A stretch of 61,694 nt of DNA, filler included, from Sphacelaria rigidula (Eukaryota), in NCBI GenBank assembly GCA_964200075.2. It is 5 parts of 5 records of this genome, joined end to end, with 100 filler letters (N's around TTAATTAATTAA, not from the genome) between each part and the next. Parts side by side here need not be neighbours in the genome. Positions count along the whole stretch, not along the records: positions 49,439 to 61,694 come from CAXNAA020003954.1; 4 more parts are not named here. One strand, written 5' to 3'. Shown here one piece after another: positions 49,439 through 61,694 of this stretch (the first letter of the stretch is position 1; each line of letters begins with the position of its first letter). A program made the position numbers and the translations under genes. The notes under the pieces were generated by a model, which had not been told where the DNA came from, made no database searches, and was given only the letters and a program-made list of their open reading frames with translations.

Positions 49439-52400
49439 CCGATCTAGCGGCGCCGCAGTAACGATATAGTGTAATTGGGTCGGAGGTGCGTGCGTCGAAG
49501 TGTCGATCGCAAGTAAGCCCCCCCCCCCCCCCCTCCGCACTACAAAGGACTGCACAATAGTCGGTGCCCCCCCTATATGTCTGTACAGCCGATTACGTAC
49601 ATCAACTAAGAAAAACGTCATCAGGGTCAGATGGTGGGTGCCTAGCAATTTTGGCCGCACTTGAGTGCCATGGTATGGAGGCGTGGAGGCGTCATTTGAA
49701 AGCGCGAGGCATCTGAATTCATCAAAACTACCCAAGATACAGCTCGCGCAGCGCTCCCACATGCGGTGTTGTTGCGTACTGCCCCCCCCCCCCCACATGT
49801 CTCCTCATTTTCATCCTTGTCCGGCTTCCTTGATCGGGTGTTCCCCCTTGTTCAACTCGGGCACACCAATCTCGTAACTACGACCAGTTGGCACAATATC
49901 CTTACTACATCAGCTTTGAGTGAAAGTGCATCGGAATGCGTTTTCTGGAGAGAAGCGCGTCGAATTGGGTACATCGCAATGTCTACGCTTCGTCTTTCCA
50001 AGTATGATTCTATAATCTTCTTACACGGATTTTGAATGGATAAACCGCATCTCAACGTGCGCCCATCAAAGCGTCCAAAAAACTGCGTAGCGACAAAACG
50101 TGCCCCAAGGACACATGGACACCGACAAAATCCGACGAGTGACGGTTGTAGCGCCACCGCATCCATGGTCATGCAGGGAACACGCCGCATCTCCTCCTTT
50201 TCTGTATTTCTTCTTGTCCACATATTTCTCCTCTCCGCGAGCCCGTTTGGTTCGTCGCTGCAACTTTTAACCCCTGCTCTCTCGTAACTCCTCAGGCACT
50301 CTACATTACTTCAGGTACATCTTCGGACAAAAAAAACTGGATTTCGAGGTCCGGAGTTTGCACGTCCAAACCCAAGCATGTCGCGCCTACGGCGGGCCAT
50401 AAGCCCTCGTTTCGCTCCGGGAATTTAGACGCCTAAATCCTTTTGGGGGCGGGGGGGGGGGGGGGGAGGGAAACTCCGCTTGAAAAGTTTAGGTAAAATA
50501 CCTAACCTCTAGGTGGGCTGCATCAATTATGAAAACAANNNNNNNNNNTCCCGCCGCCTTCGTTTTGTTGGGGGTGTTTTTTTGGTGTTTTGTTGGTGGG
50601 GGGGGGGGGGTGGGGGGGGGGATGCGAAGCTCGTCCAAAAATGTTACGTCAAATACCTGAACTCGTAGTAGGTACGATCATGTACGACAATCAAATCAAG
50701 CAATCAACCGATTCAGCAAAAAGACCCAGACGTTCTTTCGATGTGAAGTAGGCAGCATCCGTCGTTACTTCGCACTGTGCGTACTGTTACTATTAGCTGG
50801 GATTCAACGCTCTTTTACTCTTGTTCAAGTATATCGAAGATGAGCCTCCAGTCCAAGCTCACGCCATGCCCCTACCCGCGCCATACCCTTACACGAAGTG
50901 AGAAGTCATAACCGACGCACACACCCACGTCGGGGGTAAGATGCGTCATGGCCTCCGCCCCAAAGCCAATCTTACATACAGTTTCGAAGATGCCTCGTGT
51001 GTCTCCGATCAGCTGACGGTCAACAGAAAATTTTTCTCCAGACCAAATGGTATTATCTGTTCCGATAAGTTGGACTACTTGTTCAATGTAAGATCTGGCG
51101 CTTCATGTACTAGCCAGAGCCAAGTGGCAATGGGCACATACTTTACGCAGGACATTTTCATTGTTGTCTATCGCATCTTGACCACATACTGTCTAGGGTG
51201 TGAAGAAGGTGGAAGGAAACATCTACTGAAAAAAAATGTGGGTGCCTAAAAGTAGCCCTTAGGCTACTTTCCATGTATCGAAAAACACGTTGTCAGAAAA
51301 GCTCTTTTTCAACAACACGTTTTCCAACAGAATTTTTTAAAGTAGCCCTTCTTGGGTGATCGACGCACGATCAACATTGAAAACGCAATTTTCATCGTTT
51401 TTTATGAGGTGTACAGGCATAATTCAAAATTCTGGGGCGCGCGAGAGAGACGCAGCACTCTGCTGTTTTGTCGTGGTGTACGGTCCGTACTGACTCTCTG
51501 TACAGTACTTTTGTGATACATTGCCTGAGCAATACATGGTGGGGTGCGTAACGCAAGACCATCAATAAGAATACCGCCTTGCTGTACCAACTGGCTGTAG
51601 AAGTGACAGTTGTGCTCATTCACTGCACGGTAGTACTTGACTGGAACGACAGCACGGACAACAGTACACACAACAGTGTTGCACTGCAAGCATCGACTGT
51701 AGTACTACAACAGTAGCACTACTGTTCATAGTCTTGTGTGTACTGTCAGTACGGTCCTGTATCTACAAGGCTTGGGTGCGTAGGCAGTCTGTACTGCAAA
51801 GCGACGTCTTTTCGCAACAAGCTGCATGCATAGACCTCAACTGAGCTGCAAGTGCGCTGCAGTGTACTGTACAGTACAAAAACTGCTGTTGTTGTGTTGT
51901 TGCGTTGGATCCACCACAGTAGTAGCACTACCTATCTCTTAGTCTCGTGTATACTGTCAGTTCGGTCCTGTCTCTACAAGGCTCAGGTGCATGGGCAGTC
52001 TGCAAAGCATTGCGACGGCTGTTGTTGACAAAACGCTGCGTGCAGAGACCTGCGCGGCGCTAAAATTCTAATCTTGTACGGACGACATACAGTATAGACT
52101 GTCGCGCCTGTACAGCAGTCGCCATCTAATCTGCACTCTGCTGTTCTCACGGGGTAAAGGGCCACCACGCTACTGGCAAGCGAAGGACAATGATGCAACA
52201 CGCTGAATGCCCGCGAGCACCAACGATAGCAGTAGTAGTAATGGCAACGAAGCCATCACAGGTGCTGTCATGGACTGTAATGTGTGTTCAAACGTATTCA
52301 AAGGAGGTCCGAACGCTTTTTCGATAAGAATTTTTGACAGCACGAGTCTATCGGAAAATCCTGATTTTCTGATAACTTTGGGCTATCGGAAAATGTTATC

Positions 52401-55400
52401 AGAAAATATTTTATCAGAAAACGCATTTTCTGATCACATAATAAGTGGGTTTTTGGTCATTTATTTCGAAACATGAGAAGTAGCCTTAGACAGCATTTTT
52501 AGTATTTTTTCGTCCACATAGCATCTATTGACAATATATTGTCTGCCGTGTGAACAAGATGGAAGGAAACATCTGCTGAAAATGAAAATGTGGGTGCCTC
52601 AAAATAACCCTTAGACAGCATTTTGGGGCTCTTTCCAGCCATCGTATTCGTGCAATTCAACCTTTTCGGTGCGCTGAAGCCGTTGCGAATGCAACCCTAC
52701 TGTTTCAATGTTTCCGACAATTACTGTCTCGCTTTGGACGAGAGTTGACCTTGGATCTATTCAAGGCATAAGGTTGGAGCGCCAAGCATTACACGGCGAG
52801 TTCATCGGGGGGTGATCCTTGCAGACCACAGAGGAGCTCTCATCAAATTGGGTGTTGGGGTTACCTGGCGTCGGAGATTTTAGCCAGTCACAGAATTTTT
52901 GCGATAGTACGTGTGCCTCCGAAGGTGATCATATTTTGAGCCCGAGGTCACCATCCGGGACAGTAACACCGAGTACCACAGCTGACGGCATCATAACTCA
53001 AACTTCAACTGAGCCCGTCTGTTTTGCAAGGATGAACAAGAATAGCAATGTACGGTGTGATCTACAGATCCTGACCCCTGAATCATGCATATTCGTGTCA
53101 TGATTCATGATGTAGCGGTTATCTTGAAACGTACCATGTGCAACGCCTCATCTGTGGCATGTCCCGTCCAAAGGATTTTCAACTTCAGTCAAAAAAGTTG
53201 ATATCGGCATGAAATGGACTCAAAATGAACGGCTTCGATGTATACTTTCAACTCGCAGTCGAGAGGTAAACATAACATACGGGACGCAATCTCTCACGTC
53301 CACTGTTGAGCGTATTTTTGCCACCACGACACTCCAGAGGTACGACTATGCTATGATACAAGGTGAGAAAATATGAAATAATTTCGTGTTGGCCCGGTGG
53401 AAAAGGATATATCACAATCGACGATGTGAAGGGTTCCGAAAAAAAACATATTACTTCTTGTCCGTTTTTCGCGGAGAGGAAGGAGGGAGGAGGGTGGCTA
53501 CATATCCAGTACAGAAAAATCTTTCCGTTCCGTTCGGCTCCTTCAACGATAACAGGTGGCTGTCATGGAATACAATCTGACAGCATGGATGGCTACCGTT
53601 GCCAACGTTCTCTGACGTAATCTTCCGAGGAACACGATCAACCGATAGTCCTCAAATCAAAACCCTCTCCCCGTTTATCAAAACCCAGGTCGACCGTATA
53701 TATTGATCAATTTTACACGAGAGTACGTTTACTTCCACTCAAGTAGCACCAGCACCAAAAACAAACAAAAAAGGAAAGATAAAGGAAACCATCAACATGA
53801 GCAACGCAAGCAATCTCTCACCTCGAGCTGGAGTCTGAGGAGCTAGACTCTGACCGGCTCCGCCGCCGCCTACGCAGCCGTCTCCTCCGAGCACGCTCTC
53901 TGGAAAATGACCGAAGAATATAAGTGAACCACGTTAACATACATGGAGTCTGAAGGCGAGACAGTGCGACTGTTGTATGGGATTTAGACCAACCACACTA
54001 TACAATTGAGATATATATATATATACTTCTTTCACCACCGCAGTTAGTAGTGTAATCGTGTACGGACTTTCGCTCATCAATGCCTTCCGCACCAAAACGT
54101 TTCACATGGACCCTTCGGTCTAGCAATAAAGATCCTGCGGTGAAGCAATGGGAGCGAGTCAATTGGTCAAGCGACATGCATGTGACCAGAGTCAAGGATG
54201 ATGAAATACACGGATATGTTATCATCACAGGGTTGCTCTCGCAAGCAAAGGATACTTGATCGTCTTAAGGCGTCAGAGGTTACCCGTATCGCAAGCTCAG
54301 TCGGTGAGACTGCTCTGAAACGAGGTCTGGTGCCCACGGGACTTCAAGCGGGGTGAGTAAAAAAAAGGTGAGACCCTCCCGAGTGAGCCGGTGACGAGGA
54401 CAAACACTAATATTTCATAGCTTCAGTGGAAGTAATATTGTCATATCGGACATACATTACGTGACTTTCATTATCGGTTGATTGATTGATTGTCGCACAT
54501 CAAGTGATGCTCCAGGGATCCAGCCGTCGTCACATGATGGACGTACCCGAAACAAAACAAAACGAGAAAACTGGCCCAAGAGTAAATAAATCATAGAGGT
54601 GGGATAGACAAACAAGAGCAGACGTGCAAGAACAAGGGCAGCTACGAATCAACGACGATGTTCATATATGAAAAGTATTACCACGTACCGGGTGGTGGTA
54701 TCGCATGAAAACACGAACCGTTTTAGCACAGGTGATTTTACGGGCATGAAAACGCACCCAACCACCAAACTGGAGTGTTGCTCAGACGTGACTCTGCAAT
54801 AATACTGCACCACCCAAGTGTTCAGTTCTCGTGAAGTAAAGCAGGGAAAAAAGTAGTATTTCGGGCCGAGAGGCACCGTCGGTCAGTGACGGCAAAATTT
54901 GCTTTTTAGAAAAGTTTTGTTGAAACATACGCCGTTATGGTGCGCTCACAGACATGCAAGTCGGTTCTACTACTACAGGTACAACTCCAGCGCTCACCGC
55001 CAGCGCTCGCGTGATTGATTGCGCGTGTATTCGATGTCGCGTTTCCCGGTGCTACAGAACAAAAGGTCTGAAAAAAAGTAAAAGTTACTTGCACCGCCAC
55101 CTTAGTAAACCCATGAGGAGGGACGTGTGAGTCAACGATAAAGAGGTAGATGAACCCCATCCAGGGAAATACCAGTGCTCGGTCAGGACAAAAAAAAACG
55201 ACACGAAGCGGCCAGAAATATTAGCACGGGGCTACCGGGGACAGCAATGGCTCAATGGGATCTTTTTCGCGCTGAACGTATGGAAAATGGAAACGGATGA
55301 CGGATATCTGTATTTCCAACAGCCCCCGCCCAAAGTGGAAGTGCTTCAAGGTTACATACGTCCAAGCTTTGTCTTCCGAGGTGAGAAAACCCCCAGCGGA

Positions 55401-57496
55401 ACGATCACGAGGCTGTTTGAATTCGGAACAAAAAGGGTCGTCGGATAGCCACTGTATGTTTCCAACAGAGCGTTAAAAATTCCACTTCCATCCGAGTGCT
55501 GTGTGTTCCGATCGCTTTTCCATCCCTAGACCACGAGGGTAGTCCACATGGATCATGCACACTTTTTCAAGTGGATTTGATGCCGACTCAACAGAAAACC
55601 TACGCTCGCTGTCGAAGGGTGAAGCTCACGTAGATAGATACGCACCCAAACGTTCTCATTATCAAACTAGTTTCATCAGGGTTTCGTCTCCCATTATCGC
55701 TGAAATCGAGGGGTTAAAAAAATAAAAAAAAGTATTAATTGAAAGAATGCTTCCATGTCCTTGAAATTCCTGACGGACGCACCGGGTTTGTGACCGCTTT
55801 GCAAACACGATCGTATCGAACGAGATCGACATGAGCGCTCAACTATACGCGCGTCTTTTTCTGGTCAGTAGCACCGCATTTCTTGGAGATGAGGCACTCG
55901 CGTCTGCCTGACAAACCTCTAGACCCGGTGATTTTTCGTTAGCATTGTAAGAGAATAAACCGCCTTCAGCTTATGGGCGGCGGTGCCGGGCGGAGGGCGG
56001 AGGGCGGGTGGGTGGGTGGACAAGGGTCTCCTTCTCTTCCTAGTCTCCCTTGATATGTTTGGCCATTTATTTTCTCGTTTTGAGGTCACTGTGTCTCGTC
56101 TTTTGATCGCTTATTCGAGTTACCATAGCGGATGTTGTTACCGTGGGTGCTACAATCATGAGATCGCAGCAGTATTTCGGAGATGATCGATTGTTGTGCG
56201 ACAACTAGTTGATCAATCTCTGGCTCACAAATAAGGGTGGATGTTCACGCCAGTGGCGCTGGACGTGACGGCTCATGAAATCATACCCCTCGACCTCTAC
56301 GCTCAGATTGCACATCACAAAACTTGCTCAAAGACACGCCTTCGTGCAACACAAAGTCCAGAAGTTTTCAGACGCTGTGCGCTCCGAACGCTCTTCCTAC
56401 GCAAGCAGGATATTTGAAACATAAAACTTACACCGTATAGGCGATTTCTCGGTATGCTTTCAATTAATGCTCTGGCACACGTTGTAAATACATGTGTCAC
56501 TTCGATTTCGCTACAAACGGGTATTCGCCAGCATCTCAGGCGTGTGAGGGGGAAAAGAGAACCAACAAGATAACAGACGACACATGGGTCATGCGGGCAG
56601 CGAGCGATCAAAAGTCGGTATAAGAGACCGTGGAAGCGACCGACACAAGACCTACTTATCCCTTCGACTACGTGAACGTTTCCACGTACGCGGCATTCAC
56701 GTTGGCAAAGCAAGGGAAGTAGCATGTTTCCGTCCACACGAGACGCACGAGGGTGGGTTGGGTTGGCGGGGGTATACCAGTGGTGGGTGTGACAACCAGA
56801 TTCAAAACTCCCTGTCTCATGATTTCACCAAACTCGATAGATCATGATTTCTACAACGCCAGGTGTTCTGGAGTGGTGCCGCAATATCCCTTGGGCACCA
56901 GGCCTAATTTCGGAACAATATAACCGGCTGACCTTCAACGTCGGGAAACGCTGGCGCTACGCGTACAGCGAAGAAGGTCCTTTTCATGGTGACCACGACC
57001 TTCAGAAACAACATGCAATGTATTCCGTGGTTCCCAGCGTTGGTTAATGTTAAAATATGCTGAACAGAAATAGTTTTTCTCCATAAACTTTGAGTGGACC
57101 ATCCAGAGCCCGTCGGAGGGCGTCTGACGCCCCGGAGAGGTGGGTCAAGACCCACGCAACAGGTGAATGCGGACAACAGCAGATACACAACTTCCGAATC
57201 ACTTCTTCTTCAGTCGTCGTCATCATGGGCTCGACCGTTTGGCCGTCAGGGTAGATCATCTGTTGAATCGGCATCACCTACACCTCCGAAAAGATATAGC
57301 ATGACCAACATGACCCACAAAGCGTTGACAATGTCGGCGGCGGCTGTGGTACGGTGAATCATTTCGGAACATTTTTTAGTTATATCGTCATGCGAGCCCT
57401 GGAGCAAGAACAGCTTTTGTACATTCCCCCGGAGGCGGCGAGCATAGGATGAGAATGGCCAAGACGTGATGACAGCCCGGGCACATGGTGACACTG

Positions 57497-58014
57497 TTGA
57501 TGGATTGATTAGTTGTCATATATGAGTGATCCGCTGACCATCCAGCCGTGGTCACGAGATGGACGTACGCGAAGTCGACAAGACAGAAACACTCGGTGAC
57601 GGGAAGCCGAGAAAAGGGTACACAAGTGTTGACCAACGTGTCCTGCAGGCACGGGCAAAGTATACCTCGTAGCCGTGCGCCGGCTGCTGCTGAAAATGGA
57701 CACCGGACACACAATGCAATACACATTCACCTGCTGCTTCGAGTGCCCCGACTTCTGCTGCTGCTCGACGCGCTATTGGGCGGGCTTCGCGACCTACTCC
57801 TGGATCGCCGCCTGCGCTTCCCCCCAAATTTGTTCGCAAGTTGGGCGAATTTGGAGTGCGCGCAGCAAGAACACAGCCCCCAACAAGTGGGACCAAAGAA
57901 TTCGAGACATTACAATCAGGAACACAACCGGGGCGCGCGGGGGGGGGGGGGGCGTACTCATTTGTTGCTTGCCCTTGTTCTTTGACCATTGACCCCCCAT
58001 CCCTTTCGAAACGG
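57497..58014 (-). mobile_element. 3' end and 3' UTR of the same LINE family, with CAAT-like tail
   Basis: Reverse complement ccgtttcgaaagggatg..gtcaatggt..aagcaacaaatgagtacgc matches 46088-46150 and ends gtgaccacggctggat...caatccatcaa. Shorter 3' tips at ~46790-46900 and ~54475-54565. Confidence 0.72.
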
Positions 58015-58417
58015 NNNNNNNNNNGTGGCAGGGGGTGCTGCTTGTGTTCTCCTTCCCTGCCTGTTACGCCTATGGCCGAGGCTTGCCTTCGGCTCGGCAG
58101 CAGGGGGGGGGGTAAAACAGCACAGTGGATCACGTGCGGGTACAACGAAAAGAGCCAAATGCTTGCAGGAGGGGAGGGACGAGACACCGGAGAATGCCGG
58201 ACAAAAGTAATAGACAATTGAGGCAGATACTTAATGCATGCGGGGTTAGAGTTTTGGTAGGAAAAGCAGTGAATAACGTGACAAGTCGATGCTACCAGTA
58301 CTAGAGCAGTGCTTTACAGATCCGACATGAGCCTCCGAGAGTACATTGCTTTCCGTGAATTCTAGGCAAAACCAAAATACAGTCATCTAATCGGTACGCG
58401 GAGAGTCTGTTTGTCAG

Positions 58418-61033
58418 TGCGGAAGCGGAGAACAGAAATTGCAGACAGCCGTGCAAAAAAGTTCGGTATTTTCGCTCCTGCCTTGACAGTCAAAGACTGT
58501 TGTGCTTCGAGTTTCGGAAGAAGCAAATATCGAGAGTTCACGCCTGTACAACTCAAGCAACGTATGCTGCTGCTGTACTCGGACTTCTACTGGGATTCCG
58601 GGGTGACGTCAAAAGGAGGAGGGGATTACAACAGCAATAACAGTACGTCATAGTGCAATTAGTATCAGCGTGCCAATACGCGAAGTGCTGAACTTGTGAA
58701 CCGCACGAACCAAACGAAGAGAGGGCATCCGGAGGACAACACACCGAACAAGGTCACATGCAAAGCCACAAGACATCACAGTCGACAAAACTTCATGATG
58801 ATCATGCTTCAGCAGGGCTGCTGCACAACCATACAGACTAAAACCACACCAGAGCAGAGTGGGCGAGAGGCGATCCAACGTCGAGATTACGGCAACGAAA
58901 CCGGTCTGTTAAAAATGCGAGCTCGCGTACACACATCTCGATGCATGTCCCTGCACGTTTTGGCCATCCTTCTGTCGTCGGAGGCCCCAAAGCCCATGTC
59001 TCTGGGGCAATCCCTGCGATTTTTGACCCACCTGGTACCCGTGTATGTCTGAAAGTATCAACCAACCGAGTGTAAAAAGATAGTAGAGCCAACATCCCGT
59101 CCGGTATGAATAGGAAGTGACAACAATGGAAAATGACGATGAGGCAAGCCGATGTGGCCACTATAGCAGGGAAGGGCGATGTTCGCCAACTGACCCTCCA
59201 CCGCACTGTGCGTATGCTGGGAGAATCATCATCTCGTAATGACGGCGGTATATAATAAAAGCAGGAAGTACACGTGCTAGCACTCTGTGACCACTTCTAC
59301 GAGTGATGCGCATGCGGTCAACGGGATCCCGCGTCTGCCTGGACAAAGTGGAGCAAGAGACGCTAAGATACAGTTGAAGTCAAGGCACCAGCACTTTGAC
59401 ATCCTAAGATCTCAAGGAAGACAGCAAAAAGCAACGGGATGTGCTCTGATAGTGCACCGCTGAGCCTGACTCTCGGGATTTGGGGGACTCTGCTCGGCTT
59501 GCAACACGTCAACCGTCCCTTCTTGGCGGCGCGTTGTTGTTCAAAAAGCACCCATCGGAAGTATTGCTACAAGTACTGGACTTGCGGGTCGAAACACACA
59601 ACGCAACACAAATTAAAAACCGCATAACGCTTTCACAGAAAACGGAGGTACGATTAAGCGGAGGAAACTGGTATATGCATCGGCGATGCCATTACTCCCC
59701 CCCCCCCCTCCCCCTGTTCCCCCTTCCTCTCAGTGACTGTGCAGAGGGTGAACGTAAGAAGAGACGGGACAGCACAGCGTCACACATCACATCACCACAG
59801 CCAAGCTTTTCTTCCGAGGCCCGAGTGCTGCTGTGGGTGTTGTCTGTCTTCACATACTTGAGTCAGTATAAAAACAAAACACGGCAAAAACATGTGGTGA
59901 AGAAAGAGAGGGAAGATTCAACACAAAGCAGAGGGCACAACTGGGACTACCCAACGCACCTACAGCATGCTAGGTGCCTTCCTGGGTCACACCAGCTACG
60001 TCATTCACCTGCATCTGTAACTTTGGAGTCTCTACATGGAAGGCAACACGTGCGCTTGCCGCTTGTTTATGGGCGTGTGTTGTTCTTGCGCGTTAAAACG
60101 CGTGTCAGCAAAAACAAGAGAAAGTAGGGGGTGTGGGGGAGGGTGGCTGTCGCGGGATTGATTATCTCACCTAGCAGGAGCCCACGCGAGAGAACCATAG
60201 CCACCCCTCGGTATGGCACCTTGGCTGGCCCGTCTATTCATTTGAGGCGGAATTCGAAGTTCCCCGCTCTTCTCCAGAGAGAGATTGGCAAACGCCGGCT
60301 CTCTTGTACCCCTGGGATTGCTTCCCCAAAAACCCTGCGCTACCCAGCGGCTCGGACCCTCCACTTTTTTCCTTTCGTTCACTTGCCACACGCAGATCGG
60401 CCTCGCCGCACTAGTAGGATCTGCATGCCCCGCTCCAGCAATATAATAACAAGGACTGCTACAAAAATTGCGGTGCTTCTAGCACAGTGCTTCCTGCGCC
60501 ACAGCTTGACTCTCCCGTGTGTCGCTCGTGAGAATACTAGGGCACCCCCGTCTGTACTAAGCGAGCAGTGTCTCACACACCGACCATTGACCGGGTACCC
60601 CTTTGAAATTCGAGGGGAGGGGGGGGATAGGATCGTAGTATCGCGTATACTATGCGCCATTTTCTAATTCCTAACTTCTATTCTGATTTAGGGTCGCTCG
60701 ATTTCGGGCCTATGTGTATACCAGGGGCCTGGAGGCAAGTGCCAGATGCTATCGCGTATCATTTGTGTCGTAGATAGGCAGGTGATATCCTACATCGGCA
60801 GTGAAAGACGCGGCGTCCAGAATATTTCAATGTTCTCAAAATGAACATTAATCTGAGGAAGCGTGCTCCTGCCGCGGGCAGCGAGTTTGTAGCGATGGCT
60901 CAGCAAGGAGTATCGACGCCGGATAATAGCCCCGTCCGCAGGAGGGGGGGGCAGAGGCGTGGCTTTAGTTCCACCGCTAATGCTAGCAACACAAGGAAGG
61001 GTTATTTCTGGGCAAAATGCGTTGCCTTGGCAG
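58418..61033 (+). CDS. Candidate multi-exon gene of unknown function (exons 58418-58561, 58853-59034, 59453-59647, 60893-61033)
   Basis: Four AG/GT-bounded segments that are open and phase-compatible (1-1, 1-0, 0-0, 0-0); no domain recognised. Further possible exons near 54231-54352, 55323-55380 and 56862-57020 have ambiguous frames. Confidence 0.38.
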
Positions 61034-61622
61034 GTGGGTCTTCCGCTCGGTGTCTGATTTTTGTCCCTAGCATACAACAGCGGACGTCACAGTGCCGACG
61101 TCTGGCGAAGTGGTGGGTTTGGTGATGTTCGGTGCTGGTTGATAGTCGACAGATTCTTCTGTACCTCCTTGGAGAACGCTGGGTGTCAAAAGGGTCGAAC
61201 CGTTTGTTCAGTCACACAGATGGATCTGTTCAGTGAGGAACCGTAGGCCTCCTCTCCCTTTCATTTCCTTCCCTCGTCTCTCCTTCTCTCACCGCCTTGA
61301 AGCCTTTGCCCTTCCCCACCCCCAGCCCCCAGCCCCGTTTCCTCCCCGAGAGAATTTTATTTTGACTTCCGCCACAATTTCCTCACAAGCGATTTGTTCA
61401 CATGTTATGTAGCGACGGGGTGTCTCCAGTAGGCTCGTCTACATCTGCGTTGACGGTCGATTTCCAGAGGACAATCTATTTTGGAGCACCGGAGACAGCC
61501 TACTCCCACGACGCGGTTGCTGCTTATGTTCTTGATCTTGTATCACTGACTCTGTGATCGCTCTGCCGTCCTTGGATCAAAACGGAGCAACTTTTGAAGT
61601 GGACAAAACAGTTGGCTGTATA

Positions 61623-61694
61623 CGAGCTGGGCCAGCCCAGAAACGGATTTAACCTGGCAGAGCAATATCTCATCACCGGAAACGAATTGGGCCG
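61623..61694. mobile_element. Left end of a CGAGCTGGGCC-terminus element, truncated by the contig end
   Basis: TA|CGAGCTGGGCCAGCCCAGAAACGGATTTAACC...GCAATATCTCATC. Confidence 0.7.

Noticed and set aside
56890..56930. WAPGLISEQYNR resembling the PGLFSEQ motif in the contig-1 transposon
   Set aside because: Similarity is limited to about 30 nt, with no shared flanks; may be chance

Overview
Eukaryotic, intron-rich and repeat-rich genomic DNA. It is most consistent with a brown alga or related stramenopile; this is inferred from gene structure and repeat families, not verified. The window is not one locus. It is five unrelated contigs of 12262, 12260, 12258, 12258 and 12256 bp, in descending size order, joined by identical 100-nt N44-TTAATTAATTAA-N44 spacers. 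Contig 1 (1-12262) holds the last two exons of a LanC-like (LANCL) gene with a long Gly/Ser-rich insertion, a 3.6-kb TA-flanked TIR element carrying a triplicated unrecognised coding motif, and MITEs. Contig 2 (12363-24622) holds the first four exons of a RanGAP gene. Contig 3 (24723-36980) closes on itself through an 85-bp terminal overlap. It is a decayed Ty1/Copia element with a single LTR, circularly permuted, whose RT is split by a young non-coding LTR element with a 5-bp TSD and a polypurine tract nearly identical to the host's. Contig 4 (37081-49338) holds six 3' exons of an EF-hand protein resembling the EFCAB7 / EF-hand-calpain C-terminus, plus LINE and MITE insertions. Contig 5 (49439-61694) holds repeats and a weakly supported multi-exon gene of unknown function. 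No rRNA, tRNA or CRISPR array was seen. All family assignments come from motif recognition, not database searches.
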